DNA of 64,000 nt. It comes from Azolla caroliniana (taxonomy: Eukaryota > Plantae > Polypodiophyta). Shown one piece after another: positions 34,040-47,754 of this stretch. Each line of letters begins with the position of its first letter. The first letter of the stretch is position 1. Below the pieces are notes generated by a model that was not told the DNA's origin, searched no databases, and saw only the letters and a list, made by a program, of their open reading frames with translations. Where the stretch lies: contig JBHGNT010000006.1 of the NCBI GenBank assembly GCA_043228905.1, positions 8,432,001-8,496,000 on the forward strand, given 5' to 3'. A program made the position numbers and the translations under genes.

Positions 34040-35424
34040 TTATGTAGAAGGTACCCCAACCATGGCTTCTAGGCGGTGTAGCTCACGTTCCCTTATTTTC
34101 TCGATTGCTTGTACACCACGTTGAGTTGCTTTGAAACCCGGCATCCGAGGGCATTTGGTTCTTCTTTGGTTTTCTGTTTCAGTAAGGAAGAGGTCAAGTG
34201 GTGCAAGTGTGTCCACATTCATCGTCTCCCGTTGTCTCCTGAAAAACTTCATTGGCTACATGTTGGTGAATATTAGAAAAGTCATTGTTAACATTTTGTA
34301 GCTTATTCTCTCTATGTTGCTTTAGCTCTAAGATATATCTACCTAATTTCTTTATCTCTAGAGTATCTAATAGTTTGGAAAGGGTGGGAGAGGGTCCACA
34401 TATGTCTTGGTAATTTGCCATTATCTTGGCATAAGTTGGACACTTGCATGTAAAGTGGTACTCATCCTCTACCTCTATGTGACATAATCTACATATCCTT
34501 TCTTCTCTAGGGAATCCATTAGTACGACCATTCCCACTCTATGGTTGGTGAAATGATATTCTACATTGTCCAATAGCAACCCGTGCATTTGGTAAGAATG
34601 TATCTAGATATTTTGGTCGTGTAATAAAACCTAACGTAGAGAAGTGCATGAAGTGTTCCTTATAATACAACTGTGGGTATATCAAGCTCAACTAGGTTTG
34701 GTTATTTAGTCAACCATGTAACTTAGTAGTTACATAATTAGAATCTAGTTAGAAGTGTCGACCTTAAAGCCTTAATAGGTTTTTGTACTTAAATGGGGCT
34801 ACATTCTAGATCCTCCACTACCAAGTTCATTGAATATAGGACTTACATCCTTGTACCTATATTCTCCTCACACACATCACATAATCATTCGCTACTGATC
34901 ACATACGTGATTAACTATTCACATAATTAGATACTAATTAACCCTTAGTTAATTACCTAGTTATTAACAACATTTTAGACGGGAGTGGCTCTAGTGGGGT
35001 GATCCATTTATACCAAATGTAAATTTGCCATATTTCTTGGCGTATCACTTTATTACGGTCCTCATGAGATATTAAAGTTTTATCAATCTCGTGTTTGTAC
35101 CTGAGGGGAGGTAGGTTATTAATGTCTAGGTCGTTCGCAAGAAGCCAACTCACCACTATGCTATACCAGGAGCTAGTATATCCAAACTCATAGAGTGATC
35201 GAGATGCCTCAAAAGCTTGACGAGATATCCTATCTTGTGGTTGGCAATGTATCCTATGAATAAAGACTACAAGTTAGAAAAGTGACTCTACTAACATTGG
35301 GGGTGAAGTGAACTCAACTCTAATAATGACATACGGTATTGTTGATTTGTTTCGGAGTTGACGTGATAACATCCTCACCAATGCTCTCTCTAATTGCGTC
35401 CATATGAAAGATGGTAGCCCTGGA
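34040..35424 (-). mobile_element. Decayed 5'-truncated RTE-like LINE
   Basis: VWAPGL at the 5' break and EDEYHFTCKCPTY at ~34430-34475. Local similarity to the LINE at 53104-55560 (VIRQEI...KWITPL versus VIRTDI...ITWISPI). Confidence 0.75.
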
Positions 35425-37145
35425 GCCCATACCATTTCATGTCTTTGGCCACACTCTCATATTTTGGTTCATATGGACACATAAAATGATCTAGCTACAA
35501 TGAATTGAAGCATTAGACAAGGATATGCACACATCTCATGCTTACGTTGTTACGGTTCTATGAGAAGTTTATGAAATTTAGATAAAGGTCTTTTTTACAT
35601 AGAATAAAATGTGGGTTTCAACTTCACGGAAAATCAAATGTGGTCTTTTACGTAACATGGGAGCAATTCACAATTAGGCAACTAGAGGATCCCATGTCCA
35701 ACCTCGAGTAGTAGGTGGTAAGAGACCATATGTTTCCATTGTATACAGGGGTTGCCACATGTGCATCATCTAAACTACACATTAGTCCATGTGTGTGTGT
35801 GTAAGAAATTTTGTTGAGTGTTTCGTTTTAAAAATCCCACCCTATTTTGTCAAAACTTAATCAAAAGATGTGTACTTTGTTAAAATTGCCCTCTTTTTAG
35901 GTAACATTGAAAAGATTAATTAGTGCATACAATTTAAATATGAGAGAGAGAGAGAGACGTTATCTATGAATGTTTGTTTCGTAAATAAAATAGAGCAACA
36001 TTTGCAATATAATGTGTAAAAAGTGAGATTTTGCACGTTTTCCAAGCTATGATACATGGCCATCAAGAAATACTCATTTGTTTGAGGCGTCATTAACTAA
36101 TTGTAGTGCATCCATTTTCCAAACCATTTCAACACAACTTCCATATATATCATAAACTCAATATTTTGCTTGTATGTCTTTTGAGCTTTTTTAGTTGCTT
36201 TTGTGCAAACCTAGGAAACCGATGTGAGATTTCATTTTGGAATTTTAATATGTACTCAATGAGAAGTGATCAACCAAACTGTTTTACAAGTGGACTTGGA
36301 AATGTAACTAACCCATACGGTTTACATTTATTTATTATGATCCAACATTTGATTTTGTTCTCCATTAACATGGAGAGAATGACACTAAAAAGTTGAGGTT
36401 TAGGAAATTGTGCTTTGTTAGGTTTTATTCTTAGATTTAAGGATCATTTCTTTTATGAATAGTATCCACATTATATTGTAGTTGGGCAACAAAGATTTTC
36501 CTTACTATCATGTTTTTTAATATATCCATATTTTATGAGAGAAAGAAACACGTTGAAACGATTCCCTCATCTCCATTGTCATATGAGTTCAAAGTGATTT
36601 GTTGACAAACCATATAGAGATACTTTTACAAAAAGCAGCCCTTAAGATTTGCATTGATAATAACAATAGTCAAATGATTACCACTACACAAGAAATATAA
36701 GAGGACAAGAAGAAGAATATTTCCACGAGAGAAACAGGTGTAATTGAGCCATACATTTGCGAGCAACTCACCCCATAAGGGAAATTAAGTGAAATGTGAT
36801 TTAACATCTACAAAAGGCCAAAAAAAGCCCATTTCTGTGTGCCCGCACATGTTTTAGGTCCATCATATATAATGGAGCTTCACTCGGCAGGTTTCCATGG
36901 CACATAAGGTTTTGAGTATTCAGCTTGAAGAGCGATCAGTAATTTTCTTGTGGAACCATCCATCAAATTACATAGATCTCATTCATTAAAATCCAGTGTG
37001 AGTGCAGAGCTACTTGAGCGTATTTTAATGAAGCTAATAAGAGGGTAGAATATATTCCAGAAAGCACAGGGAAAATCATTGAAAGACTGCAATCTAAATT
37101 TTGGACAATCGCAGCAATATAAAAGCCACCTAAAAAAGAAGGCAA

Positions 37146-40100
37146 TCATACGAAACCAGAATCCAGATTCCCTCTTTTTCTCTCTCTCCAATTCTCGCCC
37201 CATATCCTTGCTTCGGCAACGGCTCTTTCACGATCACTCGGGCATTGAAAATTCATTCCTTGTTGTTGCCCATTCGATCGAACCAACCATTCTTCCACAT
37301 CATTCTTTCGGGTCAAAAACCCCTCTTCAGCACTGCCACCATGAGCTCCACTCATCCTAGAGGGGCTTCTGGAGGCTCCATTCTCTCTTATAGAATTAAG
37401 ATTATCTCTGGTAGGATTAAGATTATCTGGTGAGTGAGAGGCAGGTGAACGTACTCCTCCCATTTGTCGAATCACCATCCTGTTATCAGGAGAATGGCGC
37501 AGCCCCACCTGTCGTACCGCTCGGACATCACGGTTGTCCGGAGAGTGTGAAACTGGAGACCGGGACCCAAACATCCTCTCCACAAAACCACGCTCTTCTC
37601 CATTGCTTAGCTTCCTTTCCTTATCCTTCTTGTTGTCTCTGGAAGGAGAAGGAGACTTCTTGTCACGAGAAGGGGAAGGTGAGAATTTGTTTACTGGATG
37701 AACCCTTGGGTCATAGTTTTGTGAAGCTAAGTAGTTGAGTGCAGTTACAACATCGGCAATCACAGGACGTGTCAAGGCATCTTCTTGTAGACACATGGCA
37801 GCAACGGCTATTGATTGATACAGTCCCCTCAAAGGATAACAGCCTTGCAACAGTGGATCTGCCATTTGATGAAACTTTTTTCTGTCTTTAAAAAGTGGCC
37901 GTGCCTGCCAAAGACATGAAAAAAGCATGCCAAGAATGAAATGAAAAACTTTATTGATGCAAAATCTTTCATCAAAACACAAGTACAAACTTCAAAAGGG
38001 AAAAAAACATGGGTAGGATGAATACAGAAATGTACAGAAATGATTATGCAGATGGTATATGATTAATATAAGAGGATGCGTTTAAAAAAGAGAGAAATAA
38101 AATAAAAACGAAATTTATTATTTCGTCCTACAAGACCCATCATGTCTATGTGACGATCATACAACATGTTCAACATCCAAAAATAATAATCAATGAATAG
38201 ATGGATACAAATTCCATTAGTCTCTTTCAACTTTATCTATTATACATTTTGATTTTTTAGCAACTCATGTCTAAAGTCTAATAGATTAGTTATGCATTTT
38301 ACTAACATGATCTATGAGAGAGAAAGAAAAACACACCCATGACACTAGATTATGTTCTCCGGGTCCTCGTGAATTATCAATGGCTTTCCTGCCTGTAATA
38401 AGTTCCAATAGCACAACACCGAAGCTGTAAACATCTGATTTGACAGTTAGCTGCCCAGTCATAGCATATTCTGGGGCACAATAGCCATACGTTCCCATAA
38501 CTCGCGTTGAAACATGGGTTTTGTCACCAATTGGTCCTAGTTTTGCAAGACCAAAGTCACTTAACTTTGGATGAAAACCTTCATTTAGAAGGATATTAGA
38601 AGATTTGAAATCCCTGTAGATAACAGGTGGAGTCGCTTTGTCATGCAAATACTCTAAGCCTCTTGCTGCACCAGCTGCTATCTTCATTCGAATGTTCCAA
38701 TCCAAAGATTCTTTATCAGGGGGAAGATCTAGCACCCCAACCATGATAAATGGAAGCAAAATAAGGAACTTAAACATGGGAATTACATAATTGTACGCAG
38801 TACTTTTCAAAAAATACAGATATGCGGGTAGTATGTACATATGTATTACACATACACACACCTACATATAAGGTCCTACATACATATATATGTGTAGTAT
38901 ATTTGTTGAACCTTATAAAAGGAGAATGCACAATAGTAAGTAGTAATGCTCAAAGAAAAATGGTGAAGGTCATACAATGGAGATGATCCTCAAGGCAACC
39001 CAAAGCCATGTACTCATAGACAAGAAGCCTTTGATCACCATCTGCACAGTAGCCAATCAGATTCACTAGATTCGGATGGTGCAATAGACTTAGCATTAGG
39101 ACCTCTACTAAAAACTCTCGGTTTCCTTGAAGCCCATTTCTATCCAGTTGTTTAATTGCCACAATCTGTAGAAACATCAAGAAAAATATGCCATGAAACC
39201 CTTCTCAAGGTCAATGACTTTATTTGTGTAATTAATGGTTAATCATGAGAAAAACAAATGGTTCACATCTTGAACAGGGACTTTCCTGCCCAGTGCTCTC
39301 CAGGCGCCCCTTGTAAACACGACCAAATCCTCCTTCACCAATTAGACAATCAGACCTAAAATTTTTGGTGGCAACCGCTAGTTCATGGAATGTGAACGTT
39401 TGAGCTGCAATGTGCTGACAATCCTTGGGAGAATCTGTACTTTCGCTGACTTTTACTTTAGAATCATCTGCTGTACACAAGAAACTTTTTAGAGTGCAAG
39501 TGATCTTACTCTTCTAATGCACCATTGCTAGCACACACATGTAATGATCACCCCCCAGCTAAAATTCCTTCAGATTCATCCGAACTGGAACACAGAGGAT
39601 CTGATAGAAAATGCTTAGATTAATGCAAAGGGGCAAGTAAATAGGATTGACTCCTATTTGCTAGTTGTAAGTACCACAATACAGGTGTCCAATTTGAAAA
39701 CAATGGTGAAAATAATCACAATAACAGTCTTAACCCTGAAGGAATTGCTTCAGACTAATTCAAATAGAATTAGAAACAATATAATAGGAATGCTTGCACC
39801 AAAGCAAATAGTCTATGGTAATAGTAGGCATTCCACCATGCTGCAGGTATCCAATTTCCAAATCATAATTACTAACAATCAATCACATTGTATCACTTCA
39901 TTACAAAAAATCTTGAGGGTTCCTGGAAAATGCATAGAAAGAGTATAGTCTAGACACATGTGCGTAATGTCGAACAATGGCACAAAATCAAGAAAGATAC
40001 CAAAAAAAGACTTTGATGCATAATCAATAGGAGTATCGTCTCATCTTCACTTCACAGGCCAAGAATCCTCTTGCACAAGGGGAATATTTGTGTAGCTTCA

Positions 40101-41442
40101 CCACAAAAAGGGAAAGCAAATGTAATGTACTGAAAGGGCGAATCCAAGCTTCTCCAAGATTCACAACAGCACAAGATCTAGGCAGCATAGTTCATGTACT
40201 TTGCCACAGAAAGAAAAAAAGGTTAATCCATAGAAAAAGCACAGTTCCATGCTTTTCAAAGGCCAAGAATCACTGGGCCTTGGCACCAGATCATAGGGGA
40301 ATATTTATCTCACTCCAAAACAAAAAGATGTCAAGCATATGCACAGGAAGAGCATAAACACAAGTGCTATTTGGAAGTAGAGCATTAAATTTGCTCGACA
40401 TCAGGAGGCATATTTGTCTCGCTTCCCCGCAAGAAGACATGAAGATGGATAATACATTGACAGCCTAAGATTCTAGTAGAACGAAGTGGAGGAAACATAT
40501 TTTCTCACTTCACCAAAGAAAAATTATCTGTTCCCTTGGCAAAATATCATTTTTCCCATGTCACCAGAAAAAGATTCTAACACGTTGATAGAGTAAAGCG
40601 CCATGAGGTACTGGCTAGCCGGGAAGGACTCTAGGGAAACATCACTCTTATGCATAATGCATAGAAAGATTGTATAGGCCGGTGCGGCAATTACAATCAA
40701 AGAAGCATATTTTTACTTCAACACGAGAGTATTTGAAAGGTATTGCATACATAGATACAATACAGATTCATGTGCGCATTCAAGAAAGAAAATTCCTCTC
40801 ATTTCACTACAAAAAGCTTATAAAGGGTAATTAATGCTTGGAAAGAGCATAGACCCATATGCTAATCACTCATCTGTCTACGTTATCATAAAAAGAATCA
40901 AAGGTTAATGCATAGAAAGATCTTAAACCCATGTGCCAATCACAACAAAAAAGATACATCACAAGAAGACACAAAAATGTTATAGATTCAGCAAAAAATC
41001 ACAAAAAGGTTATAGTACCACAAGCTCAAGAGGAGCAGACCAAAAACACAAATGCGGCTACAAATACAAGAAGGTGATCCCTTTAGAATCTATATAAAGA
41101 TCCCTTTAGAATCAATAAAAGGATCCTTCCGGTAGTAATATAACCCGGGGTTTAGTAGAAAGAAACCATCAACAAAAACCAAATCCTCTGGTTTAATCAC
41201 GAAGCTCCATATAACTAGAAACAAACCTATATAGATCCAACGACATCTAACAGATCTAAAACGAGTTTTCCTCCGTTGGTTTGTCCTCTTTGAGATCCAT
41301 TACCTGCGGAGCATTTGTGAGCGGAGGACGAAGAAGAGGTTGTGGCGTAAGCGGCAGCAGCAGCAGCAACATCGTTGTGCAGGTTTAATGGCTTCTTCTC
41401 ATGCTGCGATTTGCGAGTGTCGAAACAGATGAAGCAGCCCAT
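37146..41442 (-). CDS. PBL27: Receptor-like cytoplasmic kinase VII, PBS1/PBL27-like Ser/Thr kinase, ~554 aa, 5 exons
   Basis: Exons 41442-41304, 39470-39286, 39165-38976, 38728-38337 and 37904-37146 join in frame (1665 nt) at the conserved PBS1 intron positions. Motifs: MGCFICF acylation signal, [46 protein letters not shown], and C-terminal [18 protein letters not shown]. The intron 2 donor reads GA. Exact orthology (PBL27 versus PBS1) is not tested. Confidence 0.92.
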
Positions 41443-41744
41443 TTTTCCGGGTTCAGCAGCAGGAATCAATGGATTTCTCGGAGCGTGGAGGGTGTGAGCA
41501 TCTTGGCTTCTTGCAAAAGCAATAATAAGAATGGAATCGAAGAAGCTTCTCTTCAAAGTTCACAATGCACATGGAGAGGAGTTAGGAGAGAAGGGTGGGG
41601 GTGATTGATGCAAGAAGAAACAGAAGGAAGGAAAAGCAAGCATATTCATATTCATCCTTCTAACTTCTAGCTTCTTCCTCATGGAAGGAATATAGTGATC
41701 ATTGGAATGAACACACACACACTTATCTCATTCCTCTGCATTGC

Positions 41745-41777
41745 CATCCCATCCCATCCCATCCCATCCCATCCCAT
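41745..41777. repeat. (CCATC)n microsatellite upstream of the kinase
   Basis: Directly visible. Confidence 0.95.
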
Positions 41778-41954
41778 CTGCTTGCGTTTGGCCCTGAGTC
41801 TGGGCCGCCCGCCCGCCCCGATGGCCTACCAATCATTTCATTCATCATCTCAGCTCTCGCAACCCCACTGATATTGACATGGCCCTTGGTGCGAGACGTC
41901 GTCCCTCGGGGTTCCTGGGCCACACTCCTGTGTTGCTCGCTACCCTTACAGGTA

Positions 41955-42288
41955 TATGGTATAGCATCCTTTGAACAGACTACTTGATCTCCCTCCAATG
42001 CTCCTTGTACGGACAATATCATGGGTATGGTTGAGACTTGGCCGAGGAAATCGGAGTGCGGGTGGGAGATGTCCGCACATTCTATGCCAATTCTTCATTC
42101 TATAGCCAAACTTGCGCAATACATGTACATGTATGGTATAGCATCCTTTGAACTGACTACCTGATCTCCCTCCAATGCTCCTAGTACGGACAATATCATG
42201 GGTATGGTTGAGACTTGGCCGAGGAAATTGGAGTGCGGGTGGGAGATGTCCGCACATTCTATGCCAATTCTTCATTCTATAGCCAAAC
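41955..42288. repeat. Tandem duplication, 157-bp copies with 20-bp spacer (period 177)
   Basis: 41955-42111 versus 42132-42288, few substitutions. Confidence 0.95.
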
Positions 42289-44467
42289 CTGCACCGGACA
42301 TTTCTAGCAGCCCAATGTTAGATCAATGATTTCATAGGACGTATGGTTCTCATTGAGTCAATTAGAGGGTATATATACTTTTTGTTTTTATGCTCAAGTT
42401 GGCATCAATGTTCTAGCTATGGTTTTATGGACATATATAGACACAAACAAAAATTTCCCCTATGCGACTAGTGTGGATTTATATGAAATGTGCCCATTGG
42501 TTCAAAAAGCGTGATTGTCAAATATCCATTTATGCTTTATGTGGATGTCCATGCATTAGACACAAATAAACCTTTGAGAGTTCATTCTAGCAATCATGTC
42601 CCACTCTTTTTTTTGTTGTGGACTTGAACTACAATGTATCATTGTCATATAACATTATAAAAAATCATAATTCTACAATGTGCCTTCTCTTCATTTTCCA
42701 TACGGCAATGCAGATTTCATCCCAAACAAGAATTCACATGTTTATTTCACTTTGTTGGATACGATCAAATTTAATTTGTTCAATGCATCTCTAACGTGTG
42801 GACACTATTAACCCAAAATGTCTCACCAACTTGACCATATTTGTGTTTGTTGTAACACTTCTAATTATGAGATGCCGCATGTAAAAGTAGTTCAATGCAA
42901 AGCGTTGTATCTTAATTTTCTACGTGGTCGAACGGGTTATCGTTATCAACCTTTTTACGAGGTTACTTGCCCGAAATCGACAAGGTTCATTGTTTCCAAA
43001 TGATGTTGTATGACAAGGCATGTTTGTGGTGGTCTCACTCATCATTTTCATGTTTCATAAAATGATCTCTGGATTAAATTATTTGTATTTAAAGGACAAT
43101 GCTAGAATTTTCACTCTTTACAGAAAATGTATCAATGTCGATGTTGTACATCCATTTCTTTAAGAGCAAGCTAGTATAGTAGTTTGCATAATCTAAAACT
43201 AATGTTTGGAGAGATTGTATAATGAATGCACCATCAAACATAATATATATTCATATGTTTGAATTAAGAAATTTGGCAACCTAACTTGTGAAACTATAAG
43301 TTGTGAATTTTGGGACGTATTGTCACATACTAAGGAAATGCTTTCACATTGTGCTTTAGAATCCAATGTCTTGTTAATAGATGACGTGTGATTGGTCTTC
43401 CAACATCGTCTCTAACATGACCTCGCATTGAATAATTGCTTTCACATCAATACGTCCATACTCAAAAGTTCGACTCTAGGTAGACAAATAGTCTATTATA
43501 GAAAGAAAGTACATGCATGCTATGTATTTTCAATTCTTTCAAGAATTCCCCCTTTAATATTGGACTAGCTAAGAATATCATCTTGTCGCCCTTCAATGTC
43601 TATAGGAAGGTTTTCCATTGACCTATCTCTAGTTTCTTTCCATTGTACTGTGAATAAATTTGTGTTGTCTTTGACCTAGAAATTTATATACCGTAAGGTC
43701 TTTACGATGGTTGTATGAGGCTATATATGTATGCATATCTATGGGTTTCTATCAATAATTAATGTAAATCTCTCATGACACGACCTTCAAAGAATGATTG
43801 CCAACATGAGTAACAAACACGTGTGACAATCAACAACATTGTACATTTAATTTATGCATAGAAGTTGAATATAGAGGTATCATAGTTGGATGTGACTAGA
43901 GATGGAAGAGAAAAAGGAGGAACAAAAAGAGAGGGGGGAGTGTGTGTGCCACATGATTATGGCGTGCTACTATAGCCCAAAAGCCACTAACATGACCTAC
44001 GGAACCCAATAAACGTTAAAATGGAGCACCCTCATGAGAGGATCTCCATTTTGCATAGATGGGAAAAAAACAAAAAACAAGCCGGACTTTCACTTGTTTC
44101 ACATATGTATACATATGAACTTTAAAATGCTAGAATGGAAAGGGACGTAGCAACACGATGTGTGCTTCGCACACAATAACTTGCTCTCGTTTGAAATGGA
44201 CTTGATTTAAGGAGACATTGAGTTTGGGATATGCTATTTTTGGATATAGGATCTTTTGTCAATAAGACTATGATGCCAATAAAATGTCTCACTTTATTAT
44301 TGTTGTTGTTAGTAAAGCCATATTGCTAGAGAATTCGAACAAAAGATATTCTGCAAGTGTGCTTGTGTATTTTTTCAAACACTGAGCCTTTAATATCATT
44401 TGAGCACGTAATCACACAACTTTTAATATTAAACTTCTTGCTCGACACAAGTTTAGTTTTATGAGGA

Positions 44468-44815
44468 TATGTTAGGAGCCAATTAAAAGCAGACTCGTTA
44501 ATTTTAACTCGTGTTTGGCATAATCATTTCCTAATTTATGTAATAAAAAAAAATCTCCATAAAGTTGTTTATTTTCTCAGTGTATAATTATATGCTTATT
44601 AACTCCCGCCAAGAGGAACCTACCTTTGATCCAACATATATTATGTTAGGAGCCAATTAAAAGCAGACTCGTTAATTTTAACTCGTGTTTGGCATAATCA
44701 TTTCCTAATTTATGTAATAAAAAAAAATCTCCATAAAGTTGTTTATTTTCTCAGTGTATAATTATATGCTTATTAACTCCCGCCAAGAGGAACCTACCTT
44801 TGATCCAACATATAT
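44468..44815. repeat. Tandem duplication, period 174 bp, copies apparently identical
   Basis: 44468-44641 versus 44642-44815. Confidence 0.95.
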
Positions 44816-46719
44816 TTCAAAATTTATGTTGCCTACATTTTGAATTGTTCATAAAAAAGTATGATCATGCAAATAGCCTAAAGTATTAAATATATTCCTC
44901 GTGTATAAGGATCAATATCAAGGTAACATCTCTTGAGCACTAAGAAAAACTGATGTTAGATTGAGAAGTTAACATCATATTTTGTACAGTTTGTGATCAC
45001 AATCAATAGCACATGTAGAGATATTGCAATATTGGTGTTGGCACTTGATGGGAGTGGCTATTGTTATTTTCAAAAGCCACATCATTGTATTCTCTTTCCT
45101 CATTTGAACCCTCTTTAGTCATGAGAAGAGCTTGTATACACTCTGTGGAAATAACAATCATCAATTTAGTTGAATGGGACATTAGCTGCAAAGTAATCAT
45201 CGTTGAAGTAATGATAGCGAGATTTGGTGGGAAGTATTTAGAGACTTCGAATAGTTTATATAAATATGATTGATTTCAAATCTAGACAACTAGAGACAAT
45301 ATCAAAACATTATGCAAAACCACCTGCTCGCCCCGTGTATTTCGTACCTAGTCTTGAATTTTCATTTGCAACAAGCTGCTTTGTTGTGCCATCTTCTCGT
45401 TCTACGAGAGATCTATTATTAATTTGGGAGGGGGTAGATACAAGCATTTAACTTTGATGATGCTCTTGTTAGCATACATATATATTTTTCCTAGGTGTTA
45501 AAGAGTACGATTTGATATATGATGCATAGAGTAGAGCTCCTGAGGAGGAGATTCGAACATAAGGTTCACACACTTCAATACATGCACTTTTTGTCACATT
45601 GGAAAAGGGGGTCTAATATTACCGTGGAAAGTTCATATTCTAGGCTGTAGTAAATCTCATAGTTTTAAAAAGGGTTAACTTTTTAAATTCAAATGAATAG
45701 AAGGGCACTTTGTGTTATGTTGTTAATCAACGCAATAAAGACGAGCCACAATGCACAAAGGTCTCGTGAAGCTTCTCAATCTCTCTCTCAACATCTTGAT
45801 TCCTATTGATTAGGTAGGATCAAGTCTCTAAAGCAAACAAGACTAGTCATACGAGAGATCAAACTTGGACGGGTCAATCGAAAAAAATAATCCCAAGAAA
45901 GAGTGCATGAAAGATGAAAAAATAAAACAAATGTTAAACATTCCAAAGAGTGTATGTGCAAAGAGGTTGCCATTACAAAATGCTTGGGAGTGTTTATCGT
46001 TTTATTATTTCTCTTTGTGCGAGGAGGCGCCTCTTTTATTTACAAACACTGGAAACAAAATGCGAAAATTATCATAATCAATTCAAAGTAAAATGTTACA
46101 ATTATTTAGTGAAACAAAACTTAGTTCCTTTATTTTGTTCGCACTATCATGGGCAAAAAAGACAGAAAGGTGTAGAAAACGAAAAAAGAAAGGAAGGAAG
46201 GAAAAGGAAAGAAATAAGAGGAGGAGGAGGAGCGATGTGTCCCGGCTCAAAGGCGATCCCTCGTTATTTGACACTCGATGAGATATTTCCAGTCATACCA
46301 ATCTTCGAATGTCCGTGTGGTGATACTTCAAATTTGGCCAACATTTTCCACTATGAATACACGTTTCTTTTTTTGTTCGAACTCTTATCCTAAAGCATCT
46401 ATAACCACTGGGTCATCTCTCCACCAACGTGCTATATGGTTCGAGTAGACGAATATTCCTTTTTCCAAATTGGACAACGCGGAGCAACTGGCTCCGAGTT
46501 TCCCAGCAATTATGGAATTATCTATATGGCTTCCGTTTTCGCTGTCCACGCATCCATACGTGGGTGTGGATAGTGTAAAGCGGGAGGGAGGGTATACAAA
46601 CGAGTCACAACACATACTTGGGTGAAGGGGAAGGAATGGGGAGGCAACAAGGGAAAGGCGGAGGCCCTAGGGGCGGGGTGTGAACAACATTCACCTGGCC
46701 ACAGAGGCCGAGTCCGAGG

Positions 46720-47041
46720 TCTCACACATACACATACACATATTGTCATACACATACACATACACATACTATGTATACATATACATATACTATTATAAGT
46801 TATAAGTTATACATACATATGTTACATATGTATGTACATATGTATGTATGTATGTATTGATTGATTGACTTAAGAGCTTTATGGAAACAGAGCCCTTACT
46901 TGCAGCTCTACTACTAATAAAATAAAAAGAAAAAGCAAAAGCAAAAGCAAAAGCAGTAGTAGTTAGAGCCTCTCTGTTCCTTCCTTCTCTTTTCGCTATC
47001 AAAGCCTAAATCCTTCTACATACATATTCATTATTACATAA

Positions 47042-47104
<63 letters not shown>

Positions 47105-47415
47105 CATATTCTGCTTTCTCCTCCTCCTTCTTTCTTTTTTTCTTTCCTGCCTTCCTTCCTGCTCGCCATCGCCATCGCCATCGCCATCGCTAGATTCTCT
47201 CTTTCTCTCTGTCATCCTCGCCTTTTCCTTCTCTTTCCCTCGCTCTGCGAACAACCCCTTGATCTCAACGATTGATCCATCCCAACTTGTAATACCTTCT
47301 CGAAAATTCCTCCATCATCGGACCTCGGAATTATCTTCCATCACTATCGCCCTCTCCATCTCCCATCTCCCATCTCCCATCTCCCATCTCCCATCTCCCA
47401 TCTCCCATCATCCCC
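46720..47415. repeat. Microsatellite cluster in the EDR2 promoter/5'UTR region: (CATA)/(TATG)n, (AAAAGC)n, (CT)n, (GCCATC)n, (CATCTCC)n
   Basis: Directly visible; CT-rich tracts are typical of plant 5'UTRs. Confidence 0.9.
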
Positions 47416-47754
47416 ATGCCCACATCTAGTCCTTGCAATTTTACACACCTGCAAAGATCGATCCTTCTTCTTCCTTATTCATCTTAAAGCTTAATCAGAA
47501 CAAATAAAATCAATGCTCATGACCTAACGTAATATAGCTACATCTTCGGAGAAGAAGAAGAAGAAAAAGAGGAAAAAGAAGAAGAAGAGAAAACCTGAAT
47601 ACTTTATCGAGTCCTGTAAGTATACCACAAATAATGACATTGCTGTTGAAGGTTTGCAGATTTAATTACAGCTTGAAGAAGAATTAGAACACTTCTTCGA
47701 AACTATGGTGTTGCTTCTTGATTAACAATAGAAGCAAAATCAAGCAAAGGCAAA

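Larger units (their letters stand above)
33130..35665. repeat. Pair of ~245-bp direct repeats (33130-33378 and 35425-35665) enclosing hAT and LINE fragments
   Basis: Both run GCCCA(A)C/TACCATTTCATG...CCACACTCTCATATTTTGG...TTACGTAACATGGGAGCA. Confidence 0.92.

Noticed and set aside
42300-43400. Possible decayed TE coding sequence between the kinase and EDR2
   Set aside because: No recognisable domain, termini or TSD.
46999-47254. ER-repeat and similar low-complexity ORFs (also 1885..2139 and 22387..22609)
   Set aside because: Translations of microsatellites or homopolymer tracts.
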